From Camelus ferus (taxonomy: Eukaryota), in contig NC_045696.1 in assembly GCF_009834535.1 (NCBI RefSeq), positions 44,766,001 to 44,830,000 of the forward strand: 64,000 nucleotides of DNA, read 5' to 3'. Below, piece after piece: positions 41,286 to 53,222 of the stretch; position 1 is the first letter of the stretch, and each line of letters starts with the position of its first letter. The position numbers and the translations under genes are program-made. The notes beneath the pieces are model-generated. The model was not told where the DNA came from, ran no database searches, and saw nothing but the letters and a program-made list of their open reading frames with translations.

Positions 41286-41624
41286 GATGGTGTCTTTAAA
41301 ATCTCTTTATATATCAAAACCAAGTAAGAGTGTCCTGTCTCATTTTTCCCACTACAAAATGAAACCACCTTTTCTTTACCAGTTGCCTGCTAGAAAGAAG
41401 TACCAATGTGGGTATCTCTGTGAGGATTTGGGGTCCTTTAGAAAAAAAAATTACTGCATTCATTATGTAAAAGTAGCTTTATTTCTCTTTATAAAGTCAT
41501 CAACTTTTCAGATGTAATCAGAATGATTTTGCTAGTCTTTTATAAGGGAAGAATAAACCGTGACATCAGTAGTCTGACATATTCTAGAATATAGCAAGAG
41601 ATCTTTTATTTGATGATGATGGAG

Positions 41625-41664
41625 TTCCTTCCTTCCTTCCTTCCTTCTTTCCTTTTCCTTTTTC
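41625..41664. repeat. (TTCC)n pyrimidine tract
   Basis: Direct reading of the sequence. Confidence 0.85.
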
Positions 41665-41735
41665 AGCCTAAGCAGCTGAACTCATTTATCTGAGAGGAAG
41701 GAAAAAATGGTTGGTCCCTCTTTTGAAAAGCATAT

Positions 41736-41897
41736 TCATTCCCACATCGTTTCCCCTGCTGGTAACCTTAAGTTTGTTTTCTATGTCTGTGAGTCTGTTT
41801 CTGTTTTGTAAATAAGTTCATTTGTATCTTTTTTTTTAGATTCCACGTGTAAGTGCCACAACATTGTAAACTGACTATACTTTAATAAAAGAGAAAT
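41736..41897. mobile_element. Short L1 insertion with 5' inversion (antisense 3' UTR piece joined to the sense 3' terminus)
   Basis: About 41745-41855 aligns to the antisense L1 at 9410-9518. 41857-41890 aligns to the sense L1 terminus at about 6405-6443. Confidence 0.8.
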
Positions 41898-44749
41898 AAA
41901 AGAGATATCTGCACTCCTCCCCCAAAGAGGGTATGTTGAATGCCAGTTTGCCAGGCAGCAATGCTTTCTCCTTACCTTTATGATGCCCCATCTATTTATC
42001 TTCTTTTTTATTCTTATTGCTACTCCCAGGTGCCTCTCTTCTCTTTGATGCATTAATGCATCTTTTCTCCTTCTTTCCGAAACTTCCCTCACTTCCTCCT
42101 TACTCATTCAGGTTGGGAGAGATTTTTTTGCCTGGGAGCTTTGGACATCTTACATCCTCTTCACCAAAATAACACCACTTCTTCGTGACTGAGTGACACC
42201 TGAGGTGATGAGCTTGCGGTCCTGAAGCTGCGAGGTCTCTCTGGCCCAGCTGCTGACCCCGCATTCCCCATCAGAAAGCTAGGGAACCAGAAAGGAACTT
42301 AGCTCTTTGGTTTTTTCCCTTAGATGCTGCAGGCCATTGAAGCCATTTAGGGGCTGGTGGTATCTCAGACTGTAAGAAGAATCCTCTTTAATATGAACTG
42401 CAGTACAAGAAGGACATTTTGGTGTGAAGAGGGAGCGAACAAAGCAAGGGTGAAACTTGTTTTGTTCTACAAAGGGAGAAAAAAACATGATGATGGGTGT
42501 AGAAAGAAAAAGAGTCTATGAAGACTGAGTCCTGATTCAAAAAAAAAAAAAAAAAAAGACTCACATTCAGGTGGTGGAAGAGTGAGATGCCAAACTTGTG
42601 AAAAAGAAAAAAAGCAATGTGAATAAGAGTTTATTTTTGTAGAAGAACCTGAGGTTGTACTCAAAGTGTGCAAGCCAGTGGGATACATCTTACGTAGCAA
42701 GAGCTTAGAATCAGTTTATGCCGAAAATTAGCAAATAAGATGAAATGCCATTGACTACCTTTCACTGCAAACAAAGGATTAGCTGAGAATGAGTTGCTGA
42801 TTCTGCCCAAAGATAAAGGAAACATTCAGAGCATGGAAATTCACAGATTTACAGAGTATGTTTTATAAGCAATGCATGAACTTTTTACAAATGAGAACTA
42901 AACTATTTCTGCTTTCTCTCTCTTCCTTTTTCTTAACTTTCAACAACTGGCTATTCTCAAAGCCTTAACACTTCCAGTCATGGTAAGTTTAAAATGCTTA
43001 GCAGAAATCCCGACATCTTCACTTCAACTCTCCTTTTTAAAGTATGTGGATTTTTTAATTATCCAATTAATTTTTTCTATCAGAAAAACTTTAGGGACAT
43101 GTGAAAAGATAAATATGATCAGAAGAGGTTTTCTACATGTGAAACATTGCACATCGTGACAACAAAGTGCAACAGTACATTGCAGGTTTTACCATTAAAT
43201 GTTTGTTACATAGAGGAGCATGTCTGAATTTTGCAAATCAGGGGAATTATTTCATAGCCAATGATTTTCCTTTAGAGAGAGGCATTAACACTGCCAGTAT
43301 ATCTTCATTACGTAACGATATGTCATATTTTTGGCTTAATGTCATTCAAAATGGATTGATAACCTTTAAAAAAAAAAAAGAGTAAATTCTGTTCCAAGAA
43401 ATTACAAAGAGCTTTGCTTCTTATTTTGTGTGTGCAAAGAAAGAAAATGAGGATGGAGCGGAAGGAGATGGAAGGTTAATGCTTTAAACATTGTCATCTA
43501 AACAGTCTTTAAAAAGCTTTCTGTCCTCCCCAGTCACTGAAAAGGAAATATATTTTTTATAGCCCCCTCATGGTCTTCAGGTTTGTTAAACTTTGCAGAC
43601 ATCATTCTGCATGACCCCTCTCATTCCCCATTCTCTACAAGGTCTTTTGACCTTGGTGGTGTTAAGCACATTAACAAAACAGAGCAATTGAGCTAGATAA
43701 GACAATCTTTAGATAAAGTCGTGGGATAATTTGTTATTAATAGAAAAGGTCATTTCTGAAGAGATTAGTCTTCACTCTGCTTAATGAGGTTAGATATTCT
43801 GATTGTCCAATTTAAAAAGTATTTGTGTGCTTGTGTGTGTGTGTGTGTTTACAGAAGTATAAGGAAGAGACAAGAAGGAGCAATGAAGTGCAGTAAAGAT
43901 TAGCCCTCAAATATGGATTGAATAGCCTTTTTCCATCTCCTCTTTCACCCTATTATCTATTTCTCTTAGTAGCTAAAGAAGAAAGGTCTTCTATTCTATT
44001 TTTGAATTGAATCAATGAAGACAAGAAAGTTTTATGGTATCCTTTAAAGAAAAGAATTGAAATAAAGTGTACTTCCCACATAAACCCAGAAAAGTATGAG
44101 GAATTTTTTTTTTCTTGAACAACAAATCATTCTCACTTGTAAAGGGGGAGCTTTTAAAAGGTCACAGAATGTGTTGAAGATAAGAAATGATTTCTCTCTG
44201 GACACTTAGAAAGCAGAGGTAGAGAGGGAAGAAGAGCATTCCCCAGCCATTCCAAATGACAAGGAACTTCCTTTATGTCCTCTTTGTCGTTATATTTGAA
44301 TCTGTATGTAATTTATCAGAATTGGTCACCACCACAATTTATGATAATGTGAAAAGTAGACGCAGGTGTCTTTTTCAGAGAAAGTGACTTTATGGGTATG
44401 TGTTGTGCTCTAGTCAGTCTCCTTTCTTTTCAAAATGAAAACACCAATGGTTGTTAAATAAAATTCCTTTAAAAATGGATATGCTTGGATTCTCTCCTGA
44501 TGGCTATATTCCTCCTAGCATGACAAACACCCATCAGGGCTTTACAGTCACATTTCCAGTTTCAAATATTCTGTCCTGCTGTCACCATAAATGCGTTCAT
44601 ACTTGGCAAACTACATCTCAGTTTTTCATTTGGAAGATGCGGTCACTGAATTCACATGTTGCCAAACAGAATTTCCTTGCCCCTATTGTTTGAAAGTGGA
44701 GACTGGGCTATCCTTTGGAAAGTGACTGATGTCCCGGAGGGATTGATGT

Positions 44750-44930
44750 CTTACATTAATTATCCGTTTAATGCTGAAAGAGAAGTACAATTATTCCCAT
44801 TTTACAGTTTGTGAAGTAGAAAGGCATAGAAGTTAAAAATATATTCAAGCTTATATAGCTAGGAAGTCACGGTGCTAGGGTTCAAACTAGAACTTTTAAA
44901 TAACAAACCTCTGGTTTATTCTCCACTTCC
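44750..44930 (-). mobile_element. MIR relic
   Basis: 'attattcccattttacag...atatagctaggaagtcacggtgctagggttcaaact'. Confidence 0.75.
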
Positions 44931-45895
44931 TATAATATTCTGTTTCACTATTCTGTACTTTATGGTCAGATGAACTAATTAAATTAATATAATATCTCCT
45001 GTCTTTTCTTATTTCAAATTACTTTATGTAACAACCACCTCGTTTTCGGAGCCTCTTTGCAGAAGGTCAGAGTGCTGTAGATTATCTTCTCACACAGTCT
45101 ACTCGGAGTCCTCATAGGTTTTGTTTCAGACTCGTATCAGTTGATTAAAATTCTCCAACTTATTTCTTAGATATTATACTTCATTTACCAGCACAGTTTC
45201 CATATTAATTGATAGTGGGATTTCTTCGCTAGAATTCTGCTCCCAAAGCTAAATGTATGAATCATCATGAACACGTCATGAGTATAAATCTGCAACTATT
45301 CAAGCCAATTTCTCCAAACATGAGAAAAAGTGGACTTCATTTTTTTGGATTGTTGTTAAGTATAAACATGGTGCAAAGTTGGTAGGTAATAAAGAGCTGA
45401 AAAATCTGTCTTTTCTACAATGAGATAATATAGACTACTCGTATTTCATTATCCTATTTTATTAAGATGAAATATCATAATTTTAGAAGCCCTTGCTCCA
45501 TTTTTCTTCGCTTCCAGTGTGGTCATTTGATAAAGAAGAGAATGAACTGAAGATTGTAATAGGCAACTATTTTCTTGCAACTCTCAACACCTAAGAAGAA
45601 TTAAATATCAAATGAAAGTTGCCACTCACGTGAACACAATTAATGTTTGGTATTAATTGTGTTGAGTAGTTGAAAGTAAAGAATTTAGGGGGAATAGTAA
45701 TAAGTTTTTTCACACACCATCACTTAGAAGAGAAGTGACCAATTTAGCCACCCTTGTCCTGCGGCCAGAAAGCAGCAATTGAAATACCTATGCTGACTTA
45801 ACCACAAACTAATTATAGTTCACATTAGGATGGGAGAAATGATTGAAATACAAATTGCAGTGCTTCCTTAATATTAATCTGCAGAGAATGACTTG

Positions 45896-45921
45896 CTTTT
45901 CTCCTCTCTTCTTTCTTTCGT

Positions 45922-45954
<33 letters not shown>

Positions 45955-46015
45955 TTCCTTCCTTCCTTCCTTCCTTCCTTTCCTCTCTCCCTCCTTTTCT
46001 TTTTTCTTTTCCTTT
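45896..46015. repeat. Compound (CTTT)n/(CCTT)n polypyrimidine microsatellite
   Basis: 120 bp of pyrimidines with a single G. Confidence 0.97.
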
Positions 46016-46309
46016 AATTTTAGGATTCTGTACTTTCAAGATACAGGTTTTGTGTGTAGTGGATAGTCAACTAACATTTTTTAAAAATCAATCTCTTTAA
46101 AAATCTTTTCTCTCCAACTTTAGAAACTATGAAAAGAGTACTGATAAATATTTACAGTTGAATAGTGGGAAAGGCAGTCTTTCTATTACATGCTTCACTA
46201 CATGTCATAGTATATATATACTTGAAAATATATTGTCTTCATCATACCCTTTGTGCCAAACCTCCAAAAACTCAGTGTCTTAGAAATACCAAGATGATTT
46301 AGAACAAAC

Positions 46310-46476
46310 GCGTGGTGCAGTGTTAATAAAGAGAACATTGGATTGAGAGTCAGAGGAGTTGTTTTCTTAAGTCAGTTCTGCCTTTAGCACTAAAAATTCT
46401 CTGGTCTTCAGCCTCCTTAGTTATATGATGAGTAACCTGCAGTGAATAATCTCTAAGCTGATTTCTCATTCCAGTA
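46310..46476 (+). mobile_element. MIR3/MIRc relic
   Basis: 'gtggtgcagtg...agaacattggattgagagtcagagga...cttcagcctccttag...ataatctctaag'. Confidence 0.65.
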
Positions 46477-46767
46477 CACAACATCTCCAAATCACTAGAT
46501 GTTTCCTTATAAAAGCTCAATAACAGAAATATTTCATGGAGCCAGAGGCTGCATGTCTGCTAACCTCACCCATTCAGAGCCTAGTCAAAAATCCATGGGA
46601 AACACATAGGTTCTGAGCAGCCAGAATAAATGCTGGTGTCAATGAACTAAAGGTTATCCTTAAGGAAACTCCTTGGGGCCCTCACTCAGAGACTGTTTAC
46701 TCTTCAAATAGAATGTCTTTTTAAGTTTGATTATCTTGTTTCCAAAGGCCTGGTGGCAAATTGGAAA

Positions 46768-46858
46768 GGGACTATGAGGCAATCACAAAATGGAGCAATG
46801 CCTGGGAAAGTGCTTTGTGGGCTCTGAAGTGCTGTGCAAACATGAGCTGTTATCATTA
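46768..46858 (+). mobile_element. MIR 3' tail relic
   Basis: 'gaaagtgctttgtgggctctgaagtgctgtgcaaacatgagctgttatcatt'. Confidence 0.6.
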
Positions 46859-47869
46859 GCAAGAGCTACTACTGACAGGAATAGTGAGAGAAAAGATACA
46901 TTGTTCCAAACAAACGTAGTGATGTCAAAATCTTGTTGGGGTGTGGCTGGTTAGTATGGCAAATAGGTTTAATCACTTCAGTGGGTCCCAAGATCCTTTC
47001 TGAATTATATAGCACAGTATATGCTTGTAGAAATAACTGAATTATCACAAGAAAGTTTATCTATATTCTGAATAATATTTGGTTTAAGAGATGATGTTCT
47101 TGGAAAGTCCATTTTTAAGCACTATATGAATGTTAGGTATTATATAATTTGACTTGGAGTCAGGGCAGTATGCAACGTGATACAAATGTTTTCCATTTAA
47201 AAGAATTAAAAATTTAAAAGCTATATGGTACATAAGGGGTTAAATTTTAATTACCTAGAAAATTACATCTGAATGATCCTGAATATATGAAGTATTACTC
47301 TAATTTTGAAATGCAGTTAATTTTTCATTATCAATAATGGAAGTAATTAAGATAAAATAATACTAATTCATTTTGTTCCATATTTAAACAAAATTATTCT
47401 ATGCTTGGTTCAGAATTTTCTGCAACACTGTTTCTAAACTCATGAAGTTATCAATGGTAGTACTATTGGAGAGATACAAAGCATGGTGCATGTCAATTCT
47501 TAAAGCATATTACGTGCTGAAGCAATGTAATAAAAATTTTCAATAATTCTTAAGTGATAGTGGTAACCAATCTAAAGCAAACTTAGGTTACATGTAAAAA
47601 CATCTATCAATTGATACAGAGTTAGAAACCAAAACCAAAGTTTGTTCAGTGTCAAGTTACTGAAGTATTCATTGGAAACTTTAATAGCAAGTTAAGTTAT
47701 AAAGCAAAAATAAGAAATCTGACATATTCTCTTTTTTTAAGGTTTTTGCCAGTCCAGACACAAAAGTAAAATGGCTTCAAATCCCAGCTGAAAATTAACT
47801 GTATGCTTTTCCCAAATTGGGGAATGTGAATCCTGGAATATTTAAGCCTTGTTTTATGTCATATTATAT

Positions 47870-47975
47870 ATGAATAAATGGAGGCTAAGGAAAGCAAGTT
47901 CTCAATGATTTCGAGGTAAATATGAGATAAGAACTCAGGTTCCTAGACTCCTACACAAGTGTTCTTTCAACTATG
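47870..47975 (-). mobile_element. MIR relic
   Basis: 'agaactcaggttcctagactcctacacaagtgttctttcaact'. Confidence 0.5.
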
Positions 47976-49717
47976 AGTTACAGAACTGACATTTTATACT
48001 GAATTTTTCATAAAGATATCTTGTCATCTATGACATGACATCAATGGCGGGCATTTTAAGAATGAAGAACTGGGTGAACACAACAGTCCCTGATCCTACG
48101 GGCTTGAGTCCATAATTTTGGAAATCACTTCCTAACGTCAGGGCGTTTAAGGAGAGCGCACAAAAGCAACTGAGTGGTGAATAGGAGAAAGGCCATTAGC
48201 CAGGCAGGTGCAGGTTAGTCGGATGGATTGACTTCCTGGCAGACTAGAGCACAGATTGCTCAATTACCCTTTTGTACAGCAGGGAAAGAAGGACAGGAAC
48301 ACCAGAGGCTTCTAACTCCCAGCTACCAGTGACTTTTGGAAACGATACTTGAAACATATATAGGTAATATTTTTCACTCTCTCCATTTATGGGAGAAGCA
48401 TTGTGCATCAAGTCAAAACTGAAATTTACTATTAACTGATATTAGCAAGAATAGTCTTTGGCAACCATCTGTGGTCACACTATCACTTGAGTTGGAATGT
48501 TTAAACAGTAACAGTGCCATGGCTTTGTACTTTATATCAGAGCTTTTCATGAGGTCCTTCATCCACTCCTCAGTGCTTGCAGAAACACTTCTGGAGTTCC
48601 AAATGAGTTCAGAAACTGCTCTAAAAAAAGAAAAATTAGTGGCACGATATCGTAGGTCTTTCTCTTTTACATTTCATTTTTGTGCTTTTTTTTAATCAAA
48701 GCTCTAATTGGTAAGCACAAAGCCTTTTTAAAAAGGCAGCAAGATTTCTTTAGGACTATTTAAGTTCTAGCACCTTGGGCTTTTCTCTTTCTGTATTTTG
48801 CAGCGTTTATCGAAAAGGGCTTGCATGTCTTAAAACCAAAATACGTGTTACACTAACAATTTTCGTTTGGAAATCCAGGCACCTAACACCACCAGAGTTA
48901 ATATTTGCTTTGGACTGTTCTGCTTATTTAGTCTCAAGCTTTTTTCCAAAGAGCTAACACAAAAAGACAGCTTTCCTATTTGCCTAGTGAGCGTGTGATT
49001 TCACACAGTGTATGATGTGCTTCTACAGAGACGAACTATTAGCTGTTCTTCACGTAAGCAGTGTCCTCAGCTAGTTGGGAAATGTGAACTTTGTAGTTGC
49101 ATGATGCATCCCACTTCCTGAAGTTCACATTGATTCCACTTTGGAAATGTCCCCTCTTCACCTTCCTTTCTCCTTTTCATTCCCAGTCCTGTTTCACTGT
49201 AATTACATGACCTTCTAAACATTTCACCTTTCTAACAAGGTTACCTTCCCCTAGTCCCTTCTCCAGCTGGTTATCCTCCACACCACCCCTGAAGTTTCAC
49301 CAGCAGAAATCTGATCACTTCACTGCCATCCTTAAAATACACCAAAAACCCTTTTATTGCTTCCAAATTCCTCGTAAGATAAAATCCAAATTCCTTAAGC
49401 TATTGTTTAAGGGCATTCAGGTATCACCCCCCAAAGCTATACCATCTGAGCTATATTTCCTCCCATTGCTTCTCACACACCCTTAGTCTCAGCCACACTG
49501 GCTGAACACGGTCATGCCTCTTGCTCCCAGCCTTTCATCTGCATGGAGTTCCCTCCATTCTCCTCTTCATTGGAAGGCCATGTGAATGTCCTTTCTGGGT
49601 AAAGCCTCCTTCAGTCCATTCATGAGTCTCTCCTCTGCCCCTGTAACATTTGGCACACAATCTCCTTTATTCCACTAAATAAAAAACAAAGAGACATAAT
49701 AGATAACATGTTTGAGC

Positions 49718-50617
49718 TTTATTGAGATTTTATTGACAGATAAAAATTGTATTTATTTGAAGTATACAATGTGATGTTTTGATGTTCATATACTTTGTGA
49801 AGTGATTACCACATTCAGGCTAGTCAGCATAATTATTCAGCTCACATTGTTAGCCTTTGTGTGTGTGGTGAGGGTGAGACTTTGAGATCTACTCTCTGAG
49901 CAAATTTCAAGTATACAGTACATTGTTATTAACTGTAATCACTTGTACGTTAGGTCTCCAGAACTTTTCATCTTAAAACTGGAAGTTTTTACCCTTTGAT
50001 CAGTATCTCCTGATTTACCCTGTCCCCTAAACCCTGGCAACCACTGTGCTACTCTCTGTTTCTATGAACTGGGCTTTTAAAATATATATATATTCCACAT
50101 ACAAGTGAGCTCATGCAGTATTTGTCTTTCTGTGTCTGGCTTATTTCACTCATTGTAATGTCTAGGTTCATCCATGTTGTCACCAATGGCAGTTTCCCTC
50201 CTTCCTTCTTTTTTAAGGCAGAATAACATTCCATTATGTTTGTGAATGTGTGTGTATGTATCACTTTTTTTTTTATTGACAAGCATTTAAGTTGTTCACA
50301 TATCTTGGCTGCTGTGAATAATGCTGCAATGAGCATGAAAGTACAATATCGCTTTGATACAGCTACTTTGTTTTCTTGAATATCTACCCAGAAGTAGGAT
50401 GGCTGGATCATAGTTCTGTTTTTATCTGCATTGTACCATGATGACAGCACCAATTTACATTCACTCTAACAGTATATACAAGGGTTCCCTTTTCTCCACA
50501 TCCTTGCCTACGCTTAGCTTTTGACTTTTTAGTGATAGCCATCCAAACAGGTGTGCGGTGATATATTGTGGTTTTGATTTGTATTTCCCTAATGATTAAT
50601 GATGTGGAGCATCTTTT
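49718..50617 (-). mobile_element. L1MA9-like 3' end, 5'-truncated
   Basis: 'tttattgag...gatctactctctgagcaaatttcaagtatac...tctccagaact'. ORF2 peptides [15 protein letters not shown] and MLIAALFTAAK. Degenerate TSD cataatagataacatgtttgagc / cataatagctaacatatattgagc. Confidence 0.92.
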
Positions 50618-50870
50618 CATAATAGCTAACATATATTGAGCATTTGTTGTATAAAAGGCACTCTTTTAAGCAACTTATACATATAAGTTTATTTACTATT
50701 CACAATAATCCTATGAGCTTGGTACTATTATTATCTTCCATTTAATAGTTGGGAGACATGAGCGCACGGAGGTTAAGCAGCTCTCTGGAGGTCAATTACC
50801 TTATCGGTAGCAGGGCTTGAATCATACCCACGCCGCCTCAGTCCAGAGCCCACGGCTTCACGGCTCTGCT
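50618..50870 (-). mobile_element. MIR that hosts the L1MA9-like insertion
   Basis: 'aatagctaacatatattgagc...cacaataatcctatgag...tactattattatcttccattt...ggttaagc...tccagagccc'. Confidence 0.85.
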
Positions 50871-51628
50871 GGTCTGCTAGTTCTGTTTCAGTTGCCTCTT
50901 CAAAATTTAGCCTCCTTGGAATAAATAACCTCTTTATGTTTGTATGCCTGTCAGGAATACAGTACCTGAAACGTTGTAGCCAATCAATTGCTTTAAGTGA
51001 AATGTATTTAAATTAATATGAAATAGAATCTTTGAAATAAGGGAAATTTGATTTTTAAAAGTTTATAGAAAAAAATTCTTAGAAAAAATCAAGGAAAATT
51101 TGGCACTGGTCAATAAATTAAAAAAAAAAAAAGTTACACTGAGATGCACCCTGTGGCTCCTGATGTTTAGCATGTATCTTTTACAGTTTCTTGCTTAGAC
51201 CAACAAAATTGGATAAATGTTTAACACGTATTTACTGTAGTCTATTAGACCCATGCAGTTTTCCATTTTCAGTAAATTGCACTGGCTTTCCTGTACACAT
51301 CACCCTAAATTGTCTTTGGCTACAAAGATTTTAGAATGAGTAGCACATTTTCTTGAGAATATCTTTCTGAAGTACCTGTGTCTCAGTTATTTTCATTGAC
51401 CATGTCTGTTTACCTTGGGTGACTCTTGAATAAGATGTTGGGTTAGAAATTTCCTTTGCTGAATAGCTTCTGGCTTTTAAAATTGAAGGGAAGAATTCAA
51501 TTGATTCATGAATAATAAAATCTAAAGTCATACTGATTACCTATAAGGTTTTTAATATATGCTTACTGATTGAACATGTACCAGTAATTGTATTTGTATG
51601 TTGAGGCTGCTGGCAATTCAAAAATGGT

Positions 51629-51659
<31 letters not shown>

Positions 51660-52518
51660 TTGATTCCAGAGACGCTGTTTATCATCTGTTCTGTATACAT
51701 AGAGAGGTAGAACTGCAGCTGAAGAAGTCTAACAGCATGTTTGGGTAGGACTCTTAAAGAGGAACTAACTTGAAAATTATCACTGGATTTTCAGACAGTA
51801 ACACAGTCTAAGCATTTCAGTCTTTTCTTTTTGGTTTGTTTGTTTTCTAATTAATTTACTTCCTGGGAGGAAGCTTTAGTATTTTCTTTTTCTTTTTTGT
51901 CTCTAATATAGATTTTTGGAGAGTATTTTTAGTTATAGAACTCAAATGAGATTCACAAAGAGAAGACATGATACAATCTGAAGCCTTGCTGAGACTCTCA
52001 CAGCTCATCTCTGTAACCTGGTATTCTTTTAATGTGTAAGAACAGTGAACTTTTTTAACCTTAATGACACTATTGTCTTTAAAAGCTGTTAAAAATATCA
52101 GAGCCCAAGAGGTAACATTATAATATGCAGTTTAGGGGAATTTTGAGTGTCATTATCTTTCTCAGCAGTAACCATGAACAAATTATCAAAGACATTGTCT
52201 CTTTTAAATGGAAAAGTGAACCAAATGTATTAGGACCTCAGTGGGACTGGGAATACGTGGGAACCATAACCATAAAACAGCCATTGCTGGGCTGCAGTAC
52301 GGCCACCCACAACACCATTCAGCAGAGGTCTTGGTACCACTGCACCTGCAGAGATCTGCCTGGGGATTCAGCTGCCTAGACTATCACCTTTGCTGGTGAA
52401 TGCAAAGCTTTGCCCTTGAAGATGCTTATGTCCTTCCCGTCACCTTAACCAAGGGAATTTCGATGAGATTGTCTAAATATAGAACGCATTCCGTAGACTG
52501 AAGAAACTATGTGCATTG

Positions 52519-53222
52519 ATTTTTTTAATTAATAGAGTATTTTTAATCTGTTTTAGGTTTGCAGGAAAACTGAATGGAAAATAGAGAGTTCCCATGTACT
52601 CCTTCAACCCTCTCCATCCCCACTCCCCTGTCATTAGTGTGGTACATTTCATTAGTGTGGTACATTTGTTACAACTGAGAAGTCAGTATTGCTACATTAT
52701 TATTATTAACTAAAGTCTATCATTTATAGACTTTATAAGTCTATAGTTTATATATGTTATATATTTAATGGGTTTTGACAAATGCATAATAATTTGTATA
52801 TATAATTACAGTATAAGAATAATTTCACTGCCCGAAAAATTCTCTGAGCTCCACCTATCCATCCCCTCCTTCCTCCCCTCAAACCTCTGGCAACCTCTGA
52901 TCTTTTTACGGTTTCCATAGTTTTGCCTTTTCTATAATGTCATATAGTTGGAGTCATAACAGATTGATACAGAGTATTAATCAGATTGGCTTCTTTTACT
53001 TAGCAATATACATTCAAGTTTCCTTTGTGTCTTTTCATGGCTTGATAGATCATTTCTTTTTACTGCTGAATAATATCTCATTGTATGGCTGTACCACAGT
53101 TGTTTTATCCTTCACCTACTGAAGGACATCTTGGTTGCTTCCAAATTTTGACCATTATGAATACAACTACTATAAACATTCATGTTCAGGTTTTTTGTGA
53201 ACTTACATTTTCAACTCACTTA
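52519..53222 (-). mobile_element. L1MC1/L1MC2-like 3' end
   Basis: 'cattagtgtggtacatttgttacaa...attaactaaagtc...gggttttgacaaatg...cacctactgaaggacatcttggttgcttccaa'. Confidence 0.9.

Larger units (their letters stand above)
49150..51005 (+). mobile_element. L2 3' region, interrupted at about 49680-50870
   Basis: 'aaatctgatcacttcactgccatccttaaaa', 'gataaaatccaaattcctta' and 'ctcagccacactgg'. The tail resumes at about 50870 with 'tttagcctccttgga...cagtacctgaaac'. Confidence 0.75.

Noticed and set aside
45809..46100. Lys/Arg/Glu-rich and Phe/Leu/Ser-rich ORFs
   Set aside because: Translation of the (CTTT)n/(CCTT)n tract.
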